From: Planctomycetota bacterium
GTDB taxonomy: Bacteria > Planctomycetota > UBA1135 > UBA2386
DNA length: 64,000 nucleotides
Direction of reading: 5' to 3'
NCBI GenBank assembly: GCA_947501605.1
Contig: CANMWZ010000001.1
Location: forward strand, 224,001-288,000
Part shown: piece by piece, positions 57,201 through 64,000 of the stretch
How the letters are laid out: each line of letters begins with the position of its first letter
How positions within the stretch are numbered: position 1 is the stretch's first letter
Program-made: the position numbers and the translations under genes
The notes under the pieces: generated by a model
Told to the model about the DNA's origin: nothing
Database searches by the model: none
What the model saw: only the letters and a program-made list of their open reading frames with translations

Positions 57201-57779
57201 CGACCGAGCCTGCTGCAGGTACTGCTGCATCTGGCGCGCGTTCTCGACGACGCGCATGCCGCGCCCGCCGCCGCCGTGCGCAGCCTTGACCAACGTGGTC
57301 CCGTGCTTCGCGAAGAACTCGTTCGCGGCGCTGGCCGCTGCAGCCTCGTCGCCGGGCAACTCGATGCCGGGAACGGTCGGGACCCGGAGCTTCTCGGCTT
57401 CATGGCGTCCAGAGACCTTGTCCCCGATGGCGCGGATCACACTGCCGCGCGGTCCGATGAACGCGATGCCGGCCTTGCGAACGGCGTCGGCGAAGTCGGC
57501 GTTCTCGGACAAGAACCCATAGCCTGGATGGATCGCATCGACTCTCGCGCGTCGCGCGATCTCGAGGATCGCCTCCTGGTCGAGGTAGGCCTTGACTGGG
57601 TGCTTGCCCTTGCCGACGAGATAGCTCTCGTCCGCTTTGTAGCGATGCTGGTTGGTCGCATCCTCCTCGCTGAAGATGGCAACCGTGCGGATGCCGAGTT
57701 CGGCACATGCGCGGAACACGCGAATGGCGATCTCGCCGCGATTGGCACAGAGCAACTTGTGGAACGGTCGTACTTCCAT
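54288..57779 (-). CDS. pyc: Pyruvate carboxylase (single chain)
   Basis: ANRGEIAIR; HPGYGFLSEN; TDTTMRDAHQSLLATR; KVTPSSK; biotinyl motif EAMKME. Confidence 0.98.
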   Translation of the reverse strand: MEVRPFHKLLCANRGEIAIRVFRACAELGIRTVAIFSEEDATNQHRYKADESYLVGKGKHPVKAYLDQEAILEIARRARVDAIHPGYGFLSENADFADAVRKAGIAFIGPRGSVIRAIGDKVSGRHEAEKLRVPTVPGIELPGDEAAAASAANEFFAKHGTTLVKAAHGGGGRGMRVVENARQMQQYLQQARSESMAAFGSPVVFLEKFLPRVRHIEVQVLGDLTGNVVHLFERDCSVQRRHQKVVEIAPAPNLGEQVRQRLLEDTLKIARSVGYHNAGTFEYLVADEQHYFIEVNPRLQVEHTVTEQVTGVDIVQAQIRIEEGHALASPEIGIYSQNAVRPRGYAIQCRITTEDPSNDFLPDTGTILAYRAPGGFGLRLDGGDGLAGTVVSGHYDSLLVKCITYGPTLAHAAQKGLRALREFRIRGVKTNLPFLQNVLVHETFLRGATWTRFIEETPALFEFQRSKDRATKLLTYLADVVVNGHATIKKEQRPKDINFLSGPIPKVPNEPLPPGSATILNEGGPAKIVEWIKNQKHPLLTDTTMRDAHQSLLATRVRTKDMIAVAHATAYLGHQLFSMETWGGATFDVAYRFLDEDPWDRLVQLKRAIPNVMHQMLLRGANAVGYTSYPQNVVEGFIDEAARAGIDVFRVFDSLNDLASMKVSVERVLKTGKIAEVSMCYTGDVDNPARTKYGLDYYADLARRIEDLGAHILCVKDMAGLLRPQAARLLMTRLREVTALPIHLHTHDTSGNGVATYMAAIDCGVHIVDVALAPMAGLTSQPSMNALIAALRGSSKETKLTNKAMQPLCDYWEAVREYYAPFECGLKSSTSEVYYHEIPGGQYSNLRPQVASLGLLHRWNDVKHAFAVVNQLCGDIPKVTPSSKMVGDFAIFVVQNDLLEFDADFKLMCEGTRRRVLAAAVRLDFPQSVVQYFQGQLGQPPGGFPADLQHAVLKGQSVVTGNPSDGLPPFDFQKAHAHLALRMGREPAFRDVVSYALYPRVLDDYCRFVAQCGDVSMLTSPVYFYGLEIGQEVWVEIEPGKTLVIALEAVGEPDDDGNVTVYWKLNGQNRHVTVPDKSLAKTVETRRRADAGRPGEIGSPMPGRVIAVHVREGEVIEAGAQLLTLEAMKMETVVRAPHAGTVRELCTDVNARVQGGDLLVVLA

Positions 57780-57806
57780 GGGCGCGTCTTGGCGGGCGCT
57801 ACGAAC

Positions 57807-58283
57807 CTAGGGGATCCACGCGCCTTCGGCCCTCCCCTTTTCGGCGGAGTCCTGCGGAAGGCTTGTGCCGATGTCACCGCGCTCTGCTGGCCCGTCGAAT
57901 CGGATGCCCGAAAACACGTCGGGCACCTGACCTGCACAGATCGAGACCGCAACCACCGTGGCCACACACACCGTCACCACCACGGTGTTCGCCACTACAG
58001 GCCAGAACTCCGTGCGCCGGGTCGCCAGCCTGCGAACTTCCACCAGGGGCACCTGCCACGACGAACCGTCGACATCTCCCACGAGCACCTGCACCGAACC
58101 GACCTGTTCCAGATGAGGATCCGCAATCACGAGCGACTTCCCGTCGTCGAACTGGACCTTCGCATCGCGGGCACCGAGGAGGGCCTCTCGAGAGCACGGC
58201 AGCGGCGTCTCGCGCCACGGAGCGACCGTGCAAGAAACCGACAGGAGCAGGACGAACCACGACAGCAGGGCGATTGGGTGCAT
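57807..58283 (-). CDS. Hypothetical lipoprotein with a C-terminal hydrophobic helix
   Basis: MHPIALLSWFVLLLSVS|C; FWPVVANTVVVTVCVATVVAV. Confidence 0.55.
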   Translation of the reverse strand: MHPIALLSWFVLLLSVSCTVAPWRETPLPCSREALLGARDAKVQFDDGKSLVIADPHLEQVGSVQVLVGDVDGSSWQVPLVEVRRLATRRTEFWPVVANTVVVTVCVATVVAVSICAGQVPDVFSGIRFDGPAERGDIGTSLPQDSAEKGRAEGAWIP

Positions 58284-58379
58284 GAAGAAGCGGTGCCCAG
58301 CGCAGCCCGCTTCGATGCGTTCGCGACGGCGACCGCGCCGCGGGCCCTCGCCCGCGGCAGCGCCACCGCGGCCGGGCCG

Positions 58380-59357
58380 TCAGCCGACCGGGAACATCGC
58401 GTCGAGCTTCGCCGCGAGTTCAGGTGGGACCACGAGGTCGACCGCCTTGAGGTTGTCCTTCAACTGGTCCTTCGTGCGCGCCCCGACCAGCACCGAGGCC
58501 ACGTGCGGGTTCTGCATGCAGAACGCGAGGGCGAGGTTCGACGCCGACATGCCGTGTTCTTCGGCCAACGTCTTGAACCGCTGTGCCAGCTCCAGGCGCT
58601 CCGGCGTCATGTACGGCTTCACCTGCTTGTTGACGCGATCGTCGGCAGCGCGCGAGTCCGCTGGCAGCGGCTGACCTGGCACGTACTTCCCGGACAACAC
58701 GCCCTGCGCCATCGGCGAGAACACGATCTGGCCGAGTCCGAGTTGCGCGCTCTTCGGCGCGATCTCGCGCTCGATCGAACGATCGAACAGGTTGTACTCC
58801 GGCTGATTGCTGATCGGGGCATGGAGGCCGTGCTGCTCGCACAAATGCACGACATCGGCGATCTGCTGCGCCGTCCAACTCGACGTTCCCCAGTAGAGCA
58901 CCTTGCCCTTCTGAACCAGGTGGTCCATCGCCCGCGCGGTCTCGAGCAACGGCGTCTCCGGGTCGAATCGATGGCACTGGTAGAGGTCGATGTAGTCGAC
59001 TCCGAGTCGCTTCAGCGAAGCGTCGCAGGCCTCTAGAACGTGTTTGCGCGACAAGCCCTTGTCGTTGACGTCCTCACTCAGCGGGAAGAAGCACTTCGTC
59101 GCGAGCACGAGACAGTGCCGAGGAAGTTCTTTGATGGCCGCGCCGAGAGCGATCTCGGCGACCCCGATCACGACCTCCTTCTTCTTGCCGCGCTTGTAGA
59201 CGTCGGCGGTGTCAAACAGGTTGACGCCGAGTTCGAAGGCCTTGCCGACCAGTGTCGAACTGAGGTCCTGCTCCAGCGTGTTGCCGAGAGTGAGCCACGA
59301 CCCGAGGCCGGCGCAGCTGACCTTGAGACCGGAGTTGCCGAGATTGCGATACTTCAT
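58380..59357 (-). CDS. Aldo/keto reductase (Kv-beta/Tas-like)
   Basis: MKYRNLGNSGLKVS; FDTADVY; ATK; YIDLYQCH; NQPEYN; SPMAQG. Confidence 0.95.
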   Translation of the reverse strand: MKYRNLGNSGLKVSCAGLGSWLTLGNTLEQDLSSTLVGKAFELGVNLFDTADVYKRGKKKEVVIGVAEIALGAAIKELPRHCLVLATKCFFPLSEDVNDKGLSRKHVLEACDASLKRLGVDYIDLYQCHRFDPETPLLETARAMDHLVQKGKVLYWGTSSWTAQQIADVVHLCEQHGLHAPISNQPEYNLFDRSIEREIAPKSAQLGLGQIVFSPMAQGVLSGKYVPGQPLPADSRAADDRVNKQVKPYMTPERLELAQRFKTLAEEHGMSASNLALAFCMQNPHVASVLVGARTKDQLKDNLKAVDLVVPPELAAKLDAMFPVG

Positions 59358-59379
59358 GAATGGGTGCTCGTTGAGGTGC

Positions 59380-60210
59380 TCATTGCCGCGGCAGGACTCG
59401 AACGACGACCTGCATGTCGTGGCGAGCGCCGGGTGCCAGCGTGATCGCATCGTCGCGAACCAACGCCTGCTCGACGCAGACCATCTTGTCCCACTCGGCA
59501 GCAGCGAGGTCGGACATCGAAGCCGCCTTCTCCTGCCCCGGATGCCAGACCAGCGTCGACCGCAGCCCGCGCTTCGCGAGTTCGATGCGTCGCCCGAACA
59601 CCGGATCGTCGACGACGACCGTGGCGTCGGTGCCGTGGAAGAACCGTTCCGACTCACCGGTGATGCGAACCGGTTCGTTCGGCTGCACGGTGCGCAGCGC
59701 GCCTTTCAGGTGATCGACGCACGCCGCTCCTTCGAGCCCGTGGATGCGGATCTGCGTCACGTCGCCGACCGCGATGTAGGTGTGCAGCGAGAACTCGAAC
59801 GGATACGTCGTGGTACCGGTGTTCTCGACCGAGGCAGCGATGCGCAACTCGGTGCCCATCTCGGCCGACAGGCGCAGGCGGAAACCGTGGTCCCACTCCT
59901 TGCGCGTCTTGCTGCCGTCCTCGGTCTCGAGACAAACGCGGCCCGCGGCCAGGTCCGTCGCGGACTCGACCACCTTCCACTCTCGTCGCCGCACGACGCC
60001 GTGGGCCTTGCCCTTCCCCTGCGGATCCTCGCCGAACCACGGGAAGATCACCGGAATGCCGCCGCGGATGGGTTTACCCGCTTCGAAGCGGCTCGCGCTG
60101 CTGACGAACAAGACGTCGCGATCGTCTGGTCCGCGGAAGCGCAGGATCTGCGCGCCCTGCGTGCACACCTCGCCGCGCGGAAGGCGCAGGTACTGCAGTT
60201 CGTCCGTCAT
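59380..60210 (-). CDS. D-hexose-6-phosphate mutarotase (aldose 1-epimerase family)
   Basis: GAQIL; PIRGGIPVIFPWFG; AHGVVR; SLHTY; VWHPG; MVCVE. Confidence 0.9.
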   Translation of the reverse strand: MTDELQYLRLPRGEVCTQGAQILRFRGPDDRDVLFVSSASRFEAGKPIRGGIPVIFPWFGEDPQGKGKAHGVVRRREWKVVESATDLAAGRVCLETEDGSKTRKEWDHGFRLRLSAEMGTELRIAASVENTGTTTYPFEFSLHTYIAVGDVTQIRIHGLEGAACVDHLKGALRTVQPNEPVRITGESERFFHGTDATVVVDDPVFGRRIELAKRGLRSTLVWHPGQEKAASMSDLAAAEWDKMVCVEQALVRDDAITLAPGARHDMQVVVRVLPRQ

Positions 60211-60213
60211 GTG

Positions 60214-61347
60214 TCAGTATGGTCCAGGGCCATGGTCAGTGCGGTCATAGAAGTCCGGATCGACGTCGAGCCCGAGACCAGGCTTGGTCGGCAGAACCAA
60301 GTTGCCCTTGCCATCGAGCACGGGGGGATTGCGGAGCATGGCAAAGCCGTGCGCAAAATCGCCGACCGGAGGATCGTGCAGCACCTCGACAAACGGGACA
60401 TCGGGCGCCGCTGCGACTGCGTGCAGATGCGCGATCGTGCCGATGCCGCGCCCACCGTGGTGCGGCGCGATGCCGGTCCCGTGGTGTCGAGCCAGATCGA
60501 AGGCGCGCCTCAGGCCGGTGAGCCCGTCGACGACCATCGCATCGGGTTGCACGATGTCGTAGGCATGCTGGGCCAACAGCGGAACGAACTCCTGCAAGCG
60601 CAAGTTCTCGCCGCCGGCGATCGGGAGGTCGGTCTCGTCGCAGAGTCGCGCCAGTTCGTTCCAGGCATAGCGCGGTAGCGGTTCTTCGAGCCAACCGACA
60701 CCGAGCTCGTGCAGCTCGTGCGCCGTCTGAAGAGCCCGCGCGTAGTCCCAGCGCACGCCCGGCTGCCACTCGCCCGGCGATTGCGCTTGGTTGGCATCGC
60801 ACAGGATCGTGACGTCCGGTCCAACTGCCGCGCGCACGCGCGCAACTGCCTCGATGTCGCCACGAATCGTGTCAAAGTGCAACCGCAACTTGAGTGCGCG
60901 GAAACCCTGCTCCACCAGCGCTTCGGCGAGAAGTGCCCGTTCGCTCGGTGTCGACAACTGAACCAGGCTGGCGTAGACCGGCACGCGGTCGCGCTCACTG
61001 CCCCACAGTCGGTGCAAAGGCTGCCGAGCCACTTTGCCGCGTAGGTCCCACAGCGCGATGTCCACAGCCGCAGCGCCGCGCTGGTCGCGCATTGCATAGC
61101 GCATGCGCTCGAACAGACCCTCGACGTCGGCGGGGTCGGCGCCGAGAAGCAGCGGCCGAGCCACTTCCAACACGCGTCCCTTGGCCGCTGGACCGATGCC
61201 GAACAGCCCCTCGTCGGTGTGGATCTCCAGCAGCGATCCGCCGCCGCGCGCAAAGTGCATGCTGCCGCCTGGCTCCCAGGCCGGCTCGAGCGAACCCACG
61301 TCCTGCTTCAGACGCAGCGGGACGAGCCTGAGGTCGGTGATCTTCAT
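60214..61347 (-). CDS. Mandelate racemase/muconate lactonizing enzyme family (enolase superfamily) protein
   Basis: MKITDL; VDIALWDLRGK; KLR; DANQ; WLEEP; AGGEN; VQPD; APHHG; PGLGL. Confidence 0.93.
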   Translation of the reverse strand: MKITDLRLVPLRLKQDVGSLEPAWEPGGSMHFARGGGSLLEIHTDEGLFGIGPAAKGRVLEVARPLLLGADPADVEGLFERMRYAMRDQRGAAAVDIALWDLRGKVARQPLHRLWGSERDRVPVYASLVQLSTPSERALLAEALVEQGFRALKLRLHFDTIRGDIEAVARVRAAVGPDVTILCDANQAQSPGEWQPGVRWDYARALQTAHELHELGVGWLEEPLPRYAWNELARLCDETDLPIAGGENLRLQEFVPLLAQHAYDIVQPDAMVVDGLTGLRRAFDLARHHGTGIAPHHGGRGIGTIAHLHAVAAAPDVPFVEVLHDPPVGDFAHGFAMLRNPPVLDGKGNLVLPTKPGLGLDVDPDFYDRTDHGPGPY

Positions 61348-61432
61348 CGCGCCACGCTGTCGTATCCGGATCGGCGCGACAGCGCGAGCGAACGCTTGCC
61401 GCGAACGCTCCGCGCCGTCACCATCGCTCAAC

Positions 61433-62980
61433 ATGACTCGAATCATTGCCGTTGCCGACGCCCAAAAGGCCGCTGCCGAGGGCTCCCCGTTTGATTGCGT
61501 CCTGCTTGTCGGCCACGACGTGAAGAACTCGGGCCTCAAGGCAATCGAGCGGACGGTGCTCGTTGCCGCCGCTGCCGATGCGAGTTTCGACAGCCGCATC
61601 GCGCTGTGGCCCGCCCCGGGCGCCGCCGGCTCGCGCTTGGTGTGCGCGCCCACGGGACCGCTGCAGCGCGACTATGACGACGTTCGCCGCTACGCCGACG
61701 CCGCCGCATCCGGCATGCGTCTCGCGCGGTCGGCCGGCGCCAAATCGGTACTGCTGGTGGTCCAGGGCGCACCGCAGGACCCGCGTTATGTCGCGGCTGC
61801 GTCGGTCGCGGCGCAGGCCGCAGTCGGCGCTCTATGGGAACCTCTCGAGGCCCGCGAAGCGCTCGGTGAGCTCCCACTGCTGCCGATCAAGCAGATCGGC
61901 GTCGCCGCCCTCGACGGCTCGTTCACCAAAGACGACGCCAGAACCACGGAAGCAATCGACGAGGGCGTCTTCTTGTGCAAAGACCTGTGCGGCACCGACC
62001 CCGAACGCATGGCACCCAAGCGCTTCGCCGATCACGTGCAGAAGGCCCTGCGCGGAACCGGCGTCAAGGTCACGGTGGTGCATACAGCGGCCATGTTGCA
62101 GAAGGAGTACCCACTGCTGTCGGCAGTGGCGCGCGCATCGATGCCCGTCGCGCGCCATCGACCATGCGTTGTCCGCCTCGAGTACGTCGGCGGCGGCAAG
62201 AAGAAGCGCACGCTGCTGTTCGCCGGCAAGGGCCTGACCTACGACACCGGCGGCGCCGACCTGAAGGTCGGCGGTCATATGGCGGGTATGTGTCGTGACA
62301 AGGGCGGCGCTGCGGCGGTGGCAGGACTGTTCCTCGCCGCCGCCCGCCTTCAGGTCGAAGGCGTGCACTTGATCGCCGAACTCGGCGTCGTGCGCAACAG
62401 CATCGGCAGCGACAGCTACGTCGCCGACGAGATCATCCTGAGTCACGGCGGCGCCCGCGTCCGTGTCGGCAACACCGATGCCGAAGGCCGCATGGTCCTC
62501 GCGGATCTGCTGTCGCATCTGCGCCTGCGCGCCAAGAAGGCAACCTCCCCGCACCTGTTCTCGGTCGCGACGTTGACGGGCCACGCGGTCCGCGCCGTAG
62601 GCCCTTACACGATCGCTCTCGACAACGGCCCCGCCCGCGCCGTGCGCGCAGCGGACACCCTGCAGGAACACGGCGAACGCTGCGGTGACCCGTTCGAGAT
62701 CTCGCGCCTGCGCCGCGAGGACTGGGACTTCGTCGCACCGTCGAGCAAGGCCTGGGACGTGCTGCAGTGCAACAGCCTGCCAAGCTCCGGCACACCGCGC
62801 GGTCATCAGTTCCCGATGGCGTTCCTCTGCATTGCGAGCGGCCTCGCCGCGCACGGCACGGACAGCAAGGCGCCATTGCCGTACACGCACGTCGATATCG
62901 CCGGGTCAGCGGACGATGCCCAAGGACAGGCAACAGGGCGGCCAGTCGCCACGTTTGTGCGCGCGTTGGCTCTGGGGTGA
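61433..62980 (+). CDS. Leucyl aminopeptidase, family M17
   Basis: GKGLTYDTGG; RDKGGAAAV; NTDAEGRMVLAD; ATLTG; HVDIAG. Confidence 0.95.
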   Translation: MTRIIAVADAQKAAAEGSPFDCVLLVGHDVKNSGLKAIERTVLVAAAADASFDSRIALWPAPGAAGSRLVCAPTGPLQRDYDDVRRYADAAASGMRLARSAGAKSVLLVVQGAPQDPRYVAAASVAAQAAVGALWEPLEAREALGELPLLPIKQIGVAALDGSFTKDDARTTEAIDEGVFLCKDLCGTDPERMAPKRFADHVQKALRGTGVKVTVVHTAAMLQKEYPLLSAVARASMPVARHRPCVVRLEYVGGGKKKRTLLFAGKGLTYDTGGADLKVGGHMAGMCRDKGGAAAVAGLFLAAARLQVEGVHLIAELGVVRNSIGSDSYVADEIILSHGGARVRVGNTDAEGRMVLADLLSHLRLRAKKATSPHLFSVATLTGHAVRAVGPYTIALDNGPARAVRAADTLQEHGERCGDPFEISRLRREDWDFVAPSSKAWDVLQCNSLPSSGTPRGHQFPMAFLCIASGLAAHGTDSKAPLPYTHVDIAGSADDAQGQATGRPVATFVRALALG

Positions 62981-63272
62981 GTTTCGCGCAACGTGATCGC
63001 GGCGACCGCAGGCAGCCAGGCACACACGCCCTTCCGCGCCCCGCGAGCGCGACGGGGCGTGCGAAACGCGACTGCGGCCGCGTGGCTTCGGCGGATCAAG
63101 GAGCGTGAGGTTCTAGTGCAGCGCCGGCGTAGCCGAGCCTGAACCGCAGCGGCACGCACCTCGTTCTCCTTGGCATCATCCTGAGCCGAGCCCCTCGGCC
63201 ATCATCCTCGGAACGGCGCGCCCTCCGCTTCCTTGTCCTCTCGAGCCAGACGGCTCTTCGTGGAGGTGCTTC

Positions 63273-64000
63273 GTGAACTCTGTCTCGCCCCAACTCCGTA
63301 CCGATCGCGGCGCCACGCCCATCGCGCATGATGCTCTCGACTTCGCTTCGCTGCTCGCCATCCAACTCGAACGCACGCCCTGGTTCGCGCTATCGATGCT
63401 CGCGCACGCAGTGGCGCTGCTGGCTCTGTGGCTTCTGCTGCCGAGTGAACCACCGACGGAAGACGAGCACTACGTCGCCTTTCTCGCTGCGCCGGAGTCG
63501 GCGATGCTGCCGCTCGAAGTGCCGCCCGAAGTGCTCCCGCTGATCGAGCCGCCGAGCCCCACCGAAGTACTGGATCCCGTCGAGATGTTGGTCGACGCGA
63601 CGGACCCGACGAACGATGCAGCGGACACGACACTCGCCGTCGACAACCGGACCAGCGAACGGCAGAGTGCATTCGAGCACCACGTCGCGAGCAACACTCC
63701 AGTCGGCATTGGCGGCAATCCTGCAGGCCCCGGACCGGGCGAAGGACGGCGGGCGCGGCGGCGTGGCGGCAGTGTCCCTTCCACGCAGATCCAACGCGCA
63801 CTCGAGTGGCTCGTCGCGCATCAGGATGACGACGGTCACTGGGACTGCGACGGGTTCATGAAGCACGATGTCGCGGGCGACCCATGCACAGGTCCCGGCA
63901 ACGGCGTTCACGATGTCGGCGTGACGGGCCTCGCACTGCTCGCACTTCTCGGCGACGGCAGCACGCTCCGCAGCGGACCCCATCGAGAACCCGTGAAGAA
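63273..64000 (+). CDS. Membrane-anchored prenyltransferase/squalene-oxidase (QW) repeat protein, 3' truncated by the window edge
   Basis: Absent from the ORF track because there is no stop; GGAGG then GTG; TM PWFALSMLAHAVALLALWLLL, Pro/Glu linker, IQRALEWLVAHQDDDGHWDCDGF...DVGVTGLALLALLGDG. Confidence 0.85.
   Translation, partial: MNSVSPQLRTDRGATPIAHDALDFASLLAIQLERTPWFALSMLAHAVALLALWLLLPSEPPTEDEHYVAFLAAPESAMLPLEVPPEVLPLIEPPSPTEVLDPVEMLVDATDPTNDAADTTLAVDNRTSERQSAFEHHVASNTPVGIGGNPAGPGPGEGRRARRRGGSVPSTQIQRALEWLVAHQDDDGHWDCDGFMKHDVAGDPCTGPGNGVHDVGVTGLALLALLGDGSTLRSGPHREPVK

Noticed and set aside
54234..59036. Very long plus-strand ORFs (54234-56606, 790 aa; 56805-59036, 743 aa)
   Set aside because: They are antisense shadows of pyc and the aldo/keto reductase in GC-rich, codon-biased DNA, with no recognisable motifs

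Overview
High-GC bacterial chromosomal window, most likely Planctomycetota (inferred from the EF-Tu effector loop KGGTVRD, the RpoB segment [13 protein letters not shown], absence of rpmD and a membrane-anchored QW-repeat protein). Positions 1-2.2 kb hold the 3' end of a probable dnaE and two nested, decayed IS elements: an internally deleted IS1182-like element inside an IS4-like pseudogene. Positions 2.2-33.4 kb (minus strand) carry the translation/transcription supercluster: tRNA Thr-Tyr-Gly-Thr, tuf, tRNA-Trp, secE, nusG, rplKAJL, rpoBC, rpsLG, an EF-G-like gene and the S10, spc and alpha operons. Its oddities are that rplC (uL3) is missing between rpsJ and rplD, the str-position EF-G and the IF-1 are strongly diverged, and EF-Tu reads GHVAHGKT instead of GHVDHGKT. 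Positions 33.5-64 kb are housekeeping and envelope genes: response regulator, Smr-less MutS2, cystathionine gamma-synthase/lyase, HU/IHF, Kdo-kinase-like protein, two lipoproteins, trpS, an MlaE/F/D (MCE) operon, riboflavin synthase, trmD-rplS, secDF, nadB-hflX, pyc, a putative sugar-acid cluster, an M17 aminopeptidase and a truncated prenyltransferase-repeat protein. The best candidate for an undescribed system is the MCE operon, which is headed by an aromatic 'LWPF'-repeat lipoprotein. No CRISPR array, rRNA or prophage was seen. All calls come from motif recognition by eye, without database searches.
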